From positions 1 to 52,540 of the forward strand of contig JBBQSF010000002.1 of the NCBI GenBank assembly GCA_038214085.1: a DNA stretch of 52,540 nt. Direction: 5' to 3'. Made by a program: the position numbers and the translations under genes. The notes under the pieces were generated by a model. It saw nothing but the letters and a program-made list of their open reading frames with translations. It did not search any database and had not been told where the DNA came from. The stretch comes from Bacteroidales bacterium. GTDB lineage: Bacteria; Bacteroidota; Bacteroidia; Bacteroidales; CG2-30-32-10. This document shows positions 1 through 9,742 of the stretch, piece after piece; the stretch's first letter is position 1, and every line of letters begins with the position of its first letter.

Positions 1-46
1 TATCATGGAGAAATCACGCTATTGGGCGAATAAATACTAAAGCTTT

Positions 47-466
47 TTATTTTTTAATTTCTTCCAAGCAGTATTTTTCAATAAGTTTGTATGCCTGATT
101 AAAACCAAGTTCGAAGGATTTAGACCAGTCTTCGCATGCTCCGGTTTTATCAGCAAGTTCAAACTTCGCCATACCACGAATATCATACACCTCGGCATAG
201 TCAGGGATAAGTTTTAAAGTAGCATCTAAATCATCAACACAACCCAAATAATCCTTAAGTTGGTATTTTACCATTCCTCTACCTGCCCATGCTTCACCAA
301 ATGTGGAATCCTGCACTATAATCTGAGTATAAAAATCGGATGCTTCTTTATAATTTTTCAGGTATTCTGCATTGCTTGCTTTTTTGTATAAATCCTCTAT
401 CGACTCCTGAGAGTATGAAAATGTGGCAATAAAAACCAGAGCAATGGATAAAAATAATGTTTTCAT
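47..466 (-). CDS. TPR-repeat protein with N-terminal signal peptide
   Basis: I trimmed ORF 47..553 to the internal ATG at 464-466, which gives MKTLFLSIALVFIATFSYSQ, a signal-peptide-like N-terminus. The body has TPR-like repeats (YKEASDFYTQ, GEAWAGRGMVKYQLKDY, YAEVYDIRGMAKFEL). Confidence 0.65.
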   Translation of the reverse strand: MKTLFLSIALVFIATFSYSQESIEDLYKKASNAEYLKNYKEASDFYTQIIVQDSTFGEAWAGRGMVKYQLKDYLGCVDDLDATLKLIPDYAEVYDIRGMAKFELADKTGACEDWSKSFELGFNQAYKLIEKYCLEEIKK

Positions 467-589
467 AATGTTACAAATTTTGTCAAAGATATAAAATAAA
501 GCAAAAACGAACCAAACACCATACCAAAAAAACAGAATAAAATATATCTGCATATCTAAATATTCTTAATTTTGATGAAAATATTTGTC

Positions 590-2545
590 ATGAAAAGTAC
601 AATTACCACATTAATTGCTTTGTTAATTTGTTCTATTAGCTACTCTCAAAGGGTTTCGGAGAACGAATCATCCATTAAATGCGGACATCTGAATAATAAA
701 AATACTGTTCCTTTCCGCGTTGCTCCTCAACCTCAGGAAATGAACAATTACGATGTAAAGTTCTACTGGCTCGATGTGGCCCTTGAACGTACTTCTACTT
801 ATATTTCGGGCAATGTTACCATTAATGCTACTGTGCAGAACAATCCTTTAGATACGTTTGTTGTAGAGTTGATTGATGCACTTATAATTGATTCTGCAAA
901 AATCAATAACACCATTCAACCAGCCATTCATTCCGGCGGATTAGTGAAAGTCCCAATGGGTGCCGCAACAGCCGTAGGAACAGATTTTTCAGTTCAAATT
1001 TTTTACCATGGTACACCTGTTTCGAGTGGTTTTTTTGCAGGCATGTCCAATGCCACCTCCGGATCGTGGCAAAACCGTGTTACTTGGTCGCTTTCCGAAC
1101 CTTTCAATGCAAACCAGTGGTGGCCTTGTAAACAATTTCTTGAAGATAAAGCTGATTCATCATGGGTTTTTATCACCACCGACAATACAAATAAAGCAGG
1201 ATCGAACGGATTGTTAACTGCAGTAACTCCAATGCCCAACAATAAAAACCGCTATGAATGGAAATCAACAAACCCAATAGCTTATTATCTAATTTCTGTT
1301 GCCGTTGCCAAATATGTTGATTATACTATTTATGCCCATCCCACCGGAACAACGGATTCTGTAATGATTCAGAATTTTGTATATGACAATCCGCAAACAC
1401 TTCCCTATTTTCAGGATGAAATTGACAGTACTGCCGAAATGATTGAACTTTACAGCGAATTGTATGGTTTGTATCCCTTTATCAACGAAAAATACGGTCA
1501 TTGCATGGCGCCTTTAAGTGGAGGAATGGAACACCAAACCATGACGACCCTTGGCTTTTTTGATTTTGACCTTATTTGTCATGAGCTTGGCCACATGTGG
1601 TGGGGCGACAATGTTACCTGCAAAACCTGGAGCGATATCTTTATCAATGAAGGATTTGCATCGTACAGCGAATATCTGAGCCATCAGTATCTGCGCTCTT
1701 GGGGCTCTGCACAAACTGTTATGGCCAGCGTTCATTCCAATGTTATGTCGCAACCCGGTGGCAGTATTTTTATTCCTGTGGCTCAAACCAACGACGAAAA
1801 CCGTATTTTCGACAGCCGCTTATCTTACGACAAAGGTTCCGCTGTTATTCACATGATTCGCTTCGAAATGCAGGATGATATCGCTTTTTTTAATACTCTT
1901 AAAAATTTTCAATCCATTTATGGCGACAGCACTGCCAGTGGCGATGATTTTAAAGCCGTTGCGGAAGCCAATTCCACTGTGGATTTCACTGATTTTTTCA
2001 ACCAATGGTTTTATGGCGAAGGCTACCCAACATACAGTTTGATATGGCATCAGGCTAATGATACTGTTTATTTTACAACAACTCAAACAACTTCGTCAAC
2101 TGTAACGCCTTTGTTTAAAATGCTCATGGAGTATAAATTGAATTCACCTTCGGGCGACACATTGATAAGGGTTTATCAAACAGGCAATGTGAACAGTTTC
2201 AAAATTCCTACACACAAAACAATTACCGGAATGGTGGTAGATCCGAACAACTGGGTGTTGAACAAGGTTGGAACGATTACAGTAGGTGTTGAAGAAAATG
2301 AAAATCCAGTGCATTTTATGTTGGGGCCAAATCCGTGCACCAACGAATTATCTGTTTTTGTAAACGAAAATAATTCTGCAAAGCATACTCTTGAAGTGTT
2401 TGACGTGTATGGAAAAAAGATTTCTGAAAACATTTACAACCAGAATACGATTCATCTCAACACTTCTGATTTTGCAAAAGGTTTTTACATGGTTCGCATT
2501 ACGGGCAACGGAAACACGCTTGTGAAGCGATTTGTGAAGGAATAG
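590..2545 (+). CDS. M1-family zinc aminopeptidase with T9SS C-terminal sorting domain
   Basis: It has the gluzincin signature HELGH-X18-E (HELGHMWWGDNVTCKTWSDIFINEGFASY) and a GGMEH variant of the GxMEN exopeptidase motif. The last ~80 aa (LGPNPCTNELSVF...GFYMVRITGNGNTLVKRFVKE) look like a Por secretion tail. The start is uncertain: the ORF opens at TTG 572 / ATG 575, but a TAATTTTG -7 box sits at 567-574. ATG 590 gives a clean signal peptide (MKSTITTLIALLICSISYSQ). Confidence 0.85.
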   Translation: MKSTITTLIALLICSISYSQRVSENESSIKCGHLNNKNTVPFRVAPQPQEMNNYDVKFYWLDVALERTSTYISGNVTINATVQNNPLDTFVVELIDALIIDSAKINNTIQPAIHSGGLVKVPMGAATAVGTDFSVQIFYHGTPVSSGFFAGMSNATSGSWQNRVTWSLSEPFNANQWWPCKQFLEDKADSSWVFITTDNTNKAGSNGLLTAVTPMPNNKNRYEWKSTNPIAYYLISVAVAKYVDYTIYAHPTGTTDSVMIQNFVYDNPQTLPYFQDEIDSTAEMIELYSELYGLYPFINEKYGHCMAPLSGGMEHQTMTTLGFFDFDLICHELGHMWWGDNVTCKTWSDIFINEGFASYSEYLSHQYLRSWGSAQTVMASVHSNVMSQPGGSIFIPVAQTNDENRIFDSRLSYDKGSAVIHMIRFEMQDDIAFFNTLKNFQSIYGDSTASGDDFKAVAEANSTVDFTDFFNQWFYGEGYPTYSLIWHQANDTVYFTTTQTTSSTVTPLFKMLMEYKLNSPSGDTLIRVYQTGNVNSFKIPTHKTITGMVVDPNNWVLNKVGTITVGVEENENPVHFMLGPNPCTNELSVFVNENNSAKHTLEVFDVYGKKISENIYNQNTIHLNTSDFAKGFYMVRITGNGNTLVKRFVKE

Positions 2546-2571
2546 GTGTTTCTTTTTCTTTTTGAAAAAAT

Positions 2572-2662
2572 CCACTTCTTATTCAAAACAATTCTGAAAG
2601 TGCGCCCTTATAGGGAATGTTGCTATGCCAACTATTTTTCCTTTGTAATTGTCTTCTATAAT
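2572..2662 (-). pseudogene. Decayed fragment of a histidine-kinase 3' end (remnant A)
   Basis: This ~90 nt stretch aligns by eye with the 3' end of the intact kinase gene at 5521 and with remnant B (cttattcaaaacaatyctgaaagtg...tttcctttgt...cttctataat). The stop codon is lost (tta->cca) and a 1-nt deletion breaks the frame. Confidence 0.55.
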
Positions 2663-2788
2663 AATAACCAACATTCTAAACGCAAAAAGTTCAGCGATTA
2701 TTTTTGATATGCGGAGAATAATTCGTATATTCGCCGCATATTTGCGTAGAATAGCCTTTTTTATTTGCCGCAGGATTATTTAAGAACG

Positions 2789-3880
2789 ATGGCAAAATAT
2801 ATATATCAACATAAAGATTGGACTAATTTTACTTGGAACGATTCGGCTATTAACAACATATTTGGAGAAGTCCGGCATTTGCAGGGTGAAATTTCCGGAT
2901 ACATGAAAGCAATTGGGTTTTCAACAAAAGAAGAAGCTACACTTAGCACACTTACACTCGATGTTGTAAAATCTTCGGAAATAGAAGGTGAATACCTTAA
3001 CTACCAACAGGTTCGTTCATCAATTGCCCGTCGCTTGGGAATTGAAACAGCTGGTTTAAGCATTGTCAACAAAAACGTAGAAGGAATAGTAAACATGATG
3101 CTGGATGCTACTCAAAACTTCAGGAATTCATTAACTGAAGATAGATTATTTTCATGGCATTCTGCACTTTTTCCGTCGGGGTATAGTGAAATGCATAAAA
3201 TAGAAGTGGCTCGATACCGTACAGGCGAAATGCAGGTGGTTTCGGGTGCTATGGGTAAAGAAAAAATACATTATCAGGCAATAAACCCTAAGAATGTTAA
3301 ATCCGAAATGAACAAGTTTCTCAATTGGTTTAACCATAACAATACAATTGATCCCGTTTTTAAAGCAGCAATTGCGCATTTTTGGTTTATTATCATTCAC
3401 CCTTTTGATGATGGTAATGGCAGAATTGCAAGAGCAATTTCTGATATGCTGCTTGCCCGTTCCGAATCCAATTCAGAAAGGTTTTACAGCATGTCCAACC
3501 AAATACTTTTAGAACGGACACGCTATTATGAAGTATTGCAAAAAGTGCAGCATAGCAGTGGCGATATAACAGAGTGGATAAATTGGTTTCTTCATTGCAT
3601 GAAAAAAGCCTTAATGCAAACAGAAGGTACTTTGAATAACATTTTACATAAGGCTGAGTTTTGGAAAGTACACGAAAACACACCAATAAATGAACGTCAA
3701 CGTTTGGTTTTGAATAAGCTTTTAGATGGATTTGATGGAAAATTAAAAACTTCAAAATGGGCAAAAATATCAAAATGCTCACAGGACACAGCAATCCGCG
3801 ACATTAACGATTTGATAAATAAAAATATATTAAAAAAAGATGATGCCGGAGGAAGAAGTACCAATTATGAATTGGTTTAA
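2789..3880 (+). CDS. Fic family protein (AMPylase-type)
   Basis: It carries the canonical Fic motif HPFDDGNGRIAR, i.e. HxFx(D/E)GNGRxxR. An N-terminal SSEIEG matches the (S/T)xxxE(G/N) auto-inhibitory helix motif. ATG 2789 is preferred over TTG 2765. Confidence 0.9.
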   Translation: MAKYIYQHKDWTNFTWNDSAINNIFGEVRHLQGEISGYMKAIGFSTKEEATLSTLTLDVVKSSEIEGEYLNYQQVRSSIARRLGIETAGLSIVNKNVEGIVNMMLDATQNFRNSLTEDRLFSWHSALFPSGYSEMHKIEVARYRTGEMQVVSGAMGKEKIHYQAINPKNVKSEMNKFLNWFNHNNTIDPVFKAAIAHFWFIIIHPFDDGNGRIARAISDMLLARSESNSERFYSMSNQILLERTRYYEVLQKVQHSSGDITEWINWFLHCMKKALMQTEGTLNNILHKAEFWKVHENTPINERQRLVLNKLLDGFDGKLKTSKWAKISKCSQDTAIRDINDLINKNILKKDDAGGRSTNYELV

Positions 3881-3888
3881 GGGAATAT

Positions 3889-4047
3889 TTATTTCTTATT
3901 CAAAACAATCCTGAAAGTGCTGCCCTTATAGGGAATGCTGCTGTACACAATTATTTTTCCTTTGTGATAATCTTCTATAATTCGTTTTGACAGCGACAAT
4001 CCCAAACCCCGTTGTTTTCTTGTGTCTTCAGGTTTGAAAATAACATT
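3889..4047 (-). pseudogene. Truncated histidine-kinase C-terminal fragment (remnant B)
   Basis: The minus-strand translation by hand is VIFKPEDTRKQRGLGLSLSKRIIEDYHKGKIIVYSSIPYKGSTFRIVLNKK*. The intact kinase ends VFKPGYTSKQRGWGLGLSLSKRIIEDYHKGKIFVYSSIPNKGTTFRIVLNKK*. About 52 codons stay in frame with a 6-nt deletion. The upstream ~440 codons are missing, and an in-frame stop lies near 4078. Confidence 0.75.
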
Positions 4048-4224
4048 TTTTTCACTTAGGCTGCACTTTCTGGTTTATTTATTTAAGCTCAGATTTATCC
4101 GAATAAATATATTCATAGTTAAACGTGAAAAGCGCAGCCCATAAAGTTTTTAGTGAAGAATATATTGCCAGGTCATAGAGGAGAAAACTTTGTTTTACGC
4201 ATAATTAATAGAAATAAATCTTCT

Positions 4225-4232
4225 TATCTTTG
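4225..4232 (+). promoter_or_regulatory. Bacteroidota -7 promoter box (TATCTTTG)
   Basis: It matches the TAnnTTTG consensus and lies 77 nt upstream of the antiporter ATG. Confidence 0.4.
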
Positions 4233-4308
4233 TATGGATTTCCGAATAACTATTACAATAAACGCAAAAGATTTAACGCAATTTACGCAATAACATACGC
4301 AATAGGTC

Positions 4309-5502
4309 ATGACAACTACAATAATAATAGTATTTTGCGGCTTACTTTTAATTGCATACCTGTTTGACCTTACCTCCTCAAAAACCAAAATACCTTCAGT
4401 AATTTTATTATTATTATTAGGATGGGTTGTAAAACAATTAACACTTTTTTTTGATTTAAAACTTCCTGATTTTTCATTGATATTACCCATACTTGGAACC
4501 GTTGGGCTCATTCTGATTGTGCTTGAGGGATCACTGGAACTTGATTTTAATAAATCCAAAATCCGACTTATTACAAAATCCTTTCTAGGAGCTTTGCTAC
4601 CAATGCTCGGCCTTGTAATTATTATTGCATATCTGTTCAGGTATTTTGGCGACTTTTCGATGAAAGACAGTTTGCTCAATGCTTTGCCTTTTTGCATTAT
4701 CAGCAGCGCCATTGCCATTCCAAGTGTCAGAAACCTGACATCAAAGAGTAGAGAATTTATTATTTACGAAAGCAGTTTATCCGATATTTTAGGAGTATTG
4801 CTTTTTAGTTTTATTGCATTTAATGATACCATTACTATTACTTCATTTGGTTTGTTCGGATGGGAATTACTAATCATGATAATTATTTCATTAGTTGCAA
4901 CCATCGGCCTTGCCTTTTTATTAAGTAAAATTCAGCATCATATTAAATTTTTTCCCATTATCTTGCTTATCATTTTAATTTATGCCATTGCAAAAATTTA
5001 TCATTTGCCAGCGCTAATTTTCATTCTTTTATTTGGTTTATTTATAGGTAATATTGAAAAATTTAAGCAGTTTAAATGGATTGAAAAATTTAAACCCGAA
5101 TTGTTACACATCGAAGTTCAAAAGTTTAAAGAACTTACCATTGAAGCGGCTTTTTTGGTAAGGGCATTGTTTTTTCTGCTTTTTGGTTATTTGCTCGAAA
5201 CCTCAGAAATCCTGAATCCAGATACTCTTTTGTGGGCTTTTGCAATTGTATTTTTATTGATTTTTCTTCGAATTATTCAACTTAAATTATCCAACCTTGC
5301 ATTGTCGCCATTGCTGTTTATAGCTCCACGAGGACTTATTACCATTTTGCTATTTCTTTCCATTGAGCCATCGCAACAAATATCCGTTGTAAATAATTCA
5401 TTGATTATTCAGGTAATAATACTTACCGCATTGTTTATGATGCTTGGTTTGATGCTGAACAAAGAGCCCGAAATAACTAAAATCGAATCGCCTAAAGAAT
5501 AG
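4309..5502 (+). CDS. Cation:proton antiporter (Na+/H+ exchanger family) membrane protein
   Basis: This is a 397-aa, almost entirely hydrophobic polytopic protein with roughly 11-12 TM segments by eye. The N-terminus and overall layout are typical of CPA-type sodium:proton antiporters. The family call rests on recognition only. Confidence 0.65.
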   Translation: MTTTIIIVFCGLLLIAYLFDLTSSKTKIPSVILLLLLGWVVKQLTLFFDLKLPDFSLILPILGTVGLILIVLEGSLELDFNKSKIRLITKSFLGALLPMLGLVIIIAYLFRYFGDFSMKDSLLNALPFCIISSAIAIPSVRNLTSKSREFIIYESSLSDILGVLLFSFIAFNDTITITSFGLFGWELLIMIIISLVATIGLAFLLSKIQHHIKFFPIILLIILIYAIAKIYHLPALIFILLFGLFIGNIEKFKQFKWIEKFKPELLHIEVQKFKELTIEAAFLVRALFFLLFGYLLETSEILNPDTLLWAFAIVFLLIFLRIIQLKLSNLALSPLLFIAPRGLITILLFLSIEPSQQISVVNNSLIIQVIILTALFMMLGLMLNKEPEITKIESPKE

Positions 5503-5520
5503 AACTGTAGGAACACAGTA

Positions 5521-7026
5521 TTATTTCTTATTCAAAACAATCCTGAAAGTGGTGCCTTTATTGGGAATACTGCTATATACAAATATCTTTCCTTTGTGAT
5601 AATCTTCAATAATACGCTTGGATAGCGACAATCCCAAACCCCAGCCACGTTGTTTACTTGTGTATCCTGGTTTAAAAACGGTTTTAAATTTTGATTTAGG
5701 AATTCCTTTGCCCGTATCGGAAATATCAATACTAACAGTATCTTCCTCTTCGGTTATTGCAATATCCAGCTTTCCTTTTCCTTCCATTGCATCTACTGCA
5801 TTTTTTGTGAGATTTTCAATTACCCATTCAAACAAATGATAATTAAGCGGAATAAAATATACATAATCCTCTGGAAGATTGATATTGAATTTTACATTCT
5901 TCGAGGTACGGTTCTTCATGTACGAAATCATTTCATAAATTACTTTTACCAGGTTTTCATTTTCAAGTTTAGGCATCGAACCAATGTTTGAAAATCGCTG
6001 CGTAATGGTATCAAAGCGATGTATGTCTTTTTCAATTTCGATAATGGTTTCCTCGTCGAAATTTTTCATGCGCAAAATTTCAACCCATGCCATGAGCGAA
6101 GATAATGGAGTTCCCAGCTGATGCGCGGTTTCTTTTGCTAAGCCAACCCAAACCTGATTCTGTTCTGCTTTTCGTGAAGTTGAAAATAAAAAATACGCTG
6201 CAATTAAAAACAATCCGATTACAAAAAATTGCACATAGGGGTAATACTTTAATTGCGTGAGCAAATACGAATCCTTATAATACACGTAACTTTTTTGCTG
6301 ACCGGTAAGATCAATGATAAGAGGCTTGTTCTGCGATTTCATGGAAGCAATCATCTCATCAGCATACGCCTTGTTCTGCATCTTAAGCGAATCTACATTT
6401 CCAAAAGCAATAACTTTACTTTGCAAACTGTCAGTAATGATTACAGGCGACGAAGCCGAATTCATCACAACTTCCGAAATAAAGGATTCTATAAGGTCGT
6501 CGAGCACTTTTCTTAATTCTGAAAAAAGCTTTGATTCCTTGTAATACAGGTAGTTCTTCGTATTCACAAAACTCACTTCTATGGGCGCATAAACCGAAAA
6601 TTCTTTTTTTAGGGTTGAATCCAGTGTTGTAATAGAATCGGTATTGAAATCAACATTAATTGAAGCTGTAATGTTTCCTTTGGCATCGCACAACACAACA
6701 GGAATATTGGTGTTTCCGGAAATAATTTCGGAATAAAAAGTAAGATCTTCAGAAGGTTCGGCATTGATAAGTCTTTTGGTAGCTTCGGCCCACAACTCAA
6801 CACGTTTGCGCTCTTCGGCCTGTAATTTTTCAAAAAACTCTCCGGTGTATTTAACCAGACTGGCTTTTTTTTGAACGGCTTCGGCCCAGGTATGCACCTT
6901 GCTGCGTTCTTCGCGGGCAATTTTGCTCACCAGGATATTGGTGTACCAAAGCGATGCGCCTACAATAAGCACCGCAAAAGCCATCAGCAGCCATTTCCAT
7001 CGTTTCTTTTGATTGTAAATATTCAA
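5521..7026 (-). CDS. Sensor histidine kinase (HisKA + HATPase_c)
   Basis: It has two TM segments flanking a ~230-aa extracytoplasmic region. The H-box is AHQLGTPLSSL, the N-box NLTKNAVDAM, and the G-boxes DTGKGIP and GWGLGLSLSK. No response regulator is adjacent. Confidence 0.9.
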   Translation of the reverse strand: MNIYNQKKRWKWLLMAFAVLIVGASLWYTNILVSKIAREERSKVHTWAEAVQKKASLVKYTGEFFEKLQAEERKRVELWAEATKRLINAEPSEDLTFYSEIISGNTNIPVVLCDAKGNITASINVDFNTDSITTLDSTLKKEFSVYAPIEVSFVNTKNYLYYKESKLFSELRKVLDDLIESFISEVVMNSASSPVIITDSLQSKVIAFGNVDSLKMQNKAYADEMIASMKSQNKPLIIDLTGQQKSYVYYKDSYLLTQLKYYPYVQFFVIGLFLIAAYFLFSTSRKAEQNQVWVGLAKETAHQLGTPLSSLMAWVEILRMKNFDEETIIEIEKDIHRFDTITQRFSNIGSMPKLENENLVKVIYEMISYMKNRTSKNVKFNINLPEDYVYFIPLNYHLFEWVIENLTKNAVDAMEGKGKLDIAITEEEDTVSIDISDTGKGIPKSKFKTVFKPGYTSKQRGWGLGLSLSKRIIEDYHKGKIFVYSSIPNKGTTFRIVLNKK

Positions 7027-7071
7027 GTTTTTGAATTTGGGAGTAAATATAACGAAGTTCTTTAAATAAAT

Positions 7072-9696
7072 TTATTTATCATCCTCATCCCATTCAATCA
7101 CAAACTTCCCTTCCTCTTGTTTTTTAAGGTTTTGCTTGTCTTTATCTTTTGGTTTGAGCTTAAGTTCGGGCGTTTTATTATCGACTTTTTTGATGCTGGT
7201 ATCTTTTTTAAACCACCCAAATTCCTCATTTAACATGCTTTTAAGCGTTTGCTTTTCCTTAATAAAGCTTACCACAATATTTTCTTTTACACCTTTAGCA
7301 TCGTATTTATAAATAGGATTTTCAACCGTTCCGGTAATCAGAATAAACAATGAAGTTTTACCAAGACCATCGTCTTCTACCACACCAAATTCCTCGTTTT
7401 CGGGTTTTGCTGCTCTGGCTTTTTTTGCTAAAATTTCCGAAAGCTGAATCTTAAGTTTATATTTTATCACATTGTCAAATGTATGTTCGCCCGAAGCAAC
7501 AATATTTACAGCGCTCGATTTGATTTCCATTGCCGGAATATAAATAGTACGGTTTTTTATTTCAATCTGGTTGTGAAGGTTGGCAAACTTAACATCATTC
7601 AAGTCGCTTACTTTTAAAAACTTCGACAAACCCTTCATGGGCGCATAATTCAACAGTTCTCCATTTTCAATTTTTATATCTGCCTTAGCATACATTTTTT
7701 CCATATCTGGCAGCAGTTGTGTGCTCCATACACCTGCAAATTTCACATCGGCATTAACTATTCCTTTAAGATTTTCATCCTTCATGCTTTCCTGCCCAAA
7801 ATTGCCAAATTCGTAAAACAGTTTACTGATGTTTACTTTTGTAATCTGTGCATCGCAACTTATCAGCAATTTATTTTTCTGACTGCCGTCAACTATGAGA
7901 AATGCGTCAGTACTGCCTTCCTGCGAATTGAATTTAATATCAGATGCATTTAGCAGTTGATTTTTAAGTTTTACTACCCCTTTAAGGCTGGTAGCATTGA
8001 ATTTATTAAAATTTAGTTTTGCAATATCAATATTTACTTTCCACGAAATATTATTTGGGAAAACCAACCGATAAGTAGTATCGTTACTGCTGGAACTGGT
8101 TCTCAAAAGCTCATCGAGATCTGTATTTACCGATGTAACTGTTCCATCAATTAAAAGATTCTGATTCTTCAGAAAAAGATACGACAGCACATTACGGAAA
8201 TAGCCCTTAACAGAGAAATCTGACGAAGAAATATTTCCTGTGAGTTTATTTACAATTATATCATTGTTACTGAATTCGCATTGTGCATTGATGTTTTTAT
8301 ATTCATGCGGATCGTTTTTTAGTGAAAAATTCACACTTGTGAAATTTATAGTCCCCGATGTTTTTGAATCAATAAAATCCTGTGCCGTGAGATTGTTTCC
8401 TTTGTTCAGCTTGCCCTTGAACGACATTTTTAAATCTACATTTCCCGAAATTGATTTGAGTGTATCCACATTTAAAAAATCAGTAATCTCTTTCAGTTCC
8501 GATTTGGCATAAAGTATAAGGTCGAGCACAGGATTTTCAAAATCACTGATATACATTTCTCCCCTGAAAGTACTTGATTTCAGCTTGGCAGAAAAATCAT
8601 TGAATCGCAGCGAAGTTGTTTTTAAATTCTGTGATGTTCCATTTGTAAACACTGCATTTAGGTTTACATCCTCCAACGAAAGTTCGGATGATTTTTGTTC
8701 AATTTTTCCTCCTTTAATGCTAAAAGTTATCGTAACCTGCGGAATGTTTTTCCCCTTATATGATCCAGAAATTTTTGTTTTAAATTTAAAGTCCCCAACT
8801 CCTTTGTAGTCACTGATATATTTATGATATGCCGTAGGAACTTCGTTTAGTAATGCCTGAAGCTGAAATTTACTCCCGGTAATATCAACATCAAGCTTTT
8901 GGGTTGTTTCATTATGAACCACATATCCGGCAACTTCAAATTTTAAATCGCCAATCTTTAAATTACCTGTTTCAAATTTATAGGTACCGCTATTGTTGTC
9001 AACCGATAAAGTCATGTCAATATCTGTAAGCTTTCCGGGGAAATATGAAACATCGGAAACATTGAATTTATTTATCAATAAACTTCCATAAATGGCCAAA
9101 TCATACTGTTGGTTTTTAAACTTGCCTTTAATGATAAAATCATTGGCAATACCATAATAATCCTGATTGTTCGGAAAATCGCGATATCGAATTCCAACAT
9201 TATTCAGAATGAGCTTTTGCAAATCGAAGCCAAAAGAATCGTCTTTTTTTGCAGTTGAATCTTCCTTCCAGAAATGAAAATTATCAGTGCCATCAGCATA
9301 AACCATAAGATTAATATAACCCTGATCTACTTCAATTTTTTTTATTCGGTAATTTCCATCGAATATATCCCAGATGTTAAAATTCAACAGAACCTGCTGG
9401 GCTTTAAGTAAATTTCCTTTATTTACAGATGTTATAGCATCTTTTGCAATTACTTCATTGAAAATAAGTGTTGCATCCGGAAATTTTTTAAGCAGCGAAA
9501 GTTCAATATCTTTAACCTGAATCTCCGAATTCAGTTGCTTATTGATACGATCCACTACAAATTTCTTTACAGAATCTTCATAAAAATATGCAATTATAAA
9601 GGCTGTAAGAAACAACAGCGTAAGCAGAGAGAAGAACACAATGAGTGTCCACTTGAGATATTTGAGCGCTTTTTTGAAGTATTTTCCCGTTTTCAC
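7072..9696 (-). CDS. AsmA-family outer-membrane biogenesis protein
   Basis: It is 874 aa with a single N-terminal TM anchor (WTLIVFFSLLTLLFLTAFIIAYF). A long beta-rich repetitive body and a basic C-terminal tail follow. The layout is typical of AsmA/TamB-like proteins. Confidence 0.7.
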   Translation of the reverse strand: MKTGKYFKKALKYLKWTLIVFFSLLTLLFLTAFIIAYFYEDSVKKFVVDRINKQLNSEIQVKDIELSLLKKFPDATLIFNEVIAKDAITSVNKGNLLKAQQVLLNFNIWDIFDGNYRIKKIEVDQGYINLMVYADGTDNFHFWKEDSTAKKDDSFGFDLQKLILNNVGIRYRDFPNNQDYYGIANDFIIKGKFKNQQYDLAIYGSLLINKFNVSDVSYFPGKLTDIDMTLSVDNNSGTYKFETGNLKIGDLKFEVAGYVVHNETTQKLDVDITGSKFQLQALLNEVPTAYHKYISDYKGVGDFKFKTKISGSYKGKNIPQVTITFSIKGGKIEQKSSELSLEDVNLNAVFTNGTSQNLKTTSLRFNDFSAKLKSSTFRGEMYISDFENPVLDLILYAKSELKEITDFLNVDTLKSISGNVDLKMSFKGKLNKGNNLTAQDFIDSKTSGTINFTSVNFSLKNDPHEYKNINAQCEFSNNDIIVNKLTGNISSSDFSVKGYFRNVLSYLFLKNQNLLIDGTVTSVNTDLDELLRTSSSSNDTTYRLVFPNNISWKVNIDIAKLNFNKFNATSLKGVVKLKNQLLNASDIKFNSQEGSTDAFLIVDGSQKNKLLISCDAQITKVNISKLFYEFGNFGQESMKDENLKGIVNADVKFAGVWSTQLLPDMEKMYAKADIKIENGELLNYAPMKGLSKFLKVSDLNDVKFANLHNQIEIKNRTIYIPAMEIKSSAVNIVASGEHTFDNVIKYKLKIQLSEILAKKARAAKPENEEFGVVEDDGLGKTSLFILITGTVENPIYKYDAKGVKENIVVSFIKEKQTLKSMLNEEFGWFKKDTSIKKVDNKTPELKLKPKDKDKQNLKKQEEGKFVIEWDEDDK

Positions 9697-9742
9697 GAAA
9701 TTTGTTTTATAGATAACGAATAAAAAACGTTTTGTATATAAA

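Noticed and set aside
572-589. The TTG 572 / ATG 575 start for the M1 peptidase, and likewise TTG 35314 for dut, TTG 2765 for Fic and the 39289 start for the EnvC-like gene.
   Set aside because: These upstream starts overlap or abut TAnnTTTG promoter boxes, or add residues before an otherwise clean signal peptide or conserved N-terminus. Downstream ATGs were preferred (590, 35335, 2789, 39349). This remains uncertain without experimental data.
2546-4308. A mobile element (integrase, transposase or IS ends) as the explanation for the duplicated kinase 3' ends.
   Set aside because: No recombinase-like ORF and no clear terminal inverted repeats are visible here. The only candidates are imperfect inverted repeats around 4069-4140 (ggctgcactttc / gaaaagcgcagcc). 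I therefore report only the remnants and make no mobile-element call.
4224-4718. A 164-aa minus-strand ORF overlapping the start of the antiporter gene.
   Set aside because: It overlaps a well-supported polytopic membrane CDS on the other strand and runs through that gene's promoter box. It has no recognisable domain.
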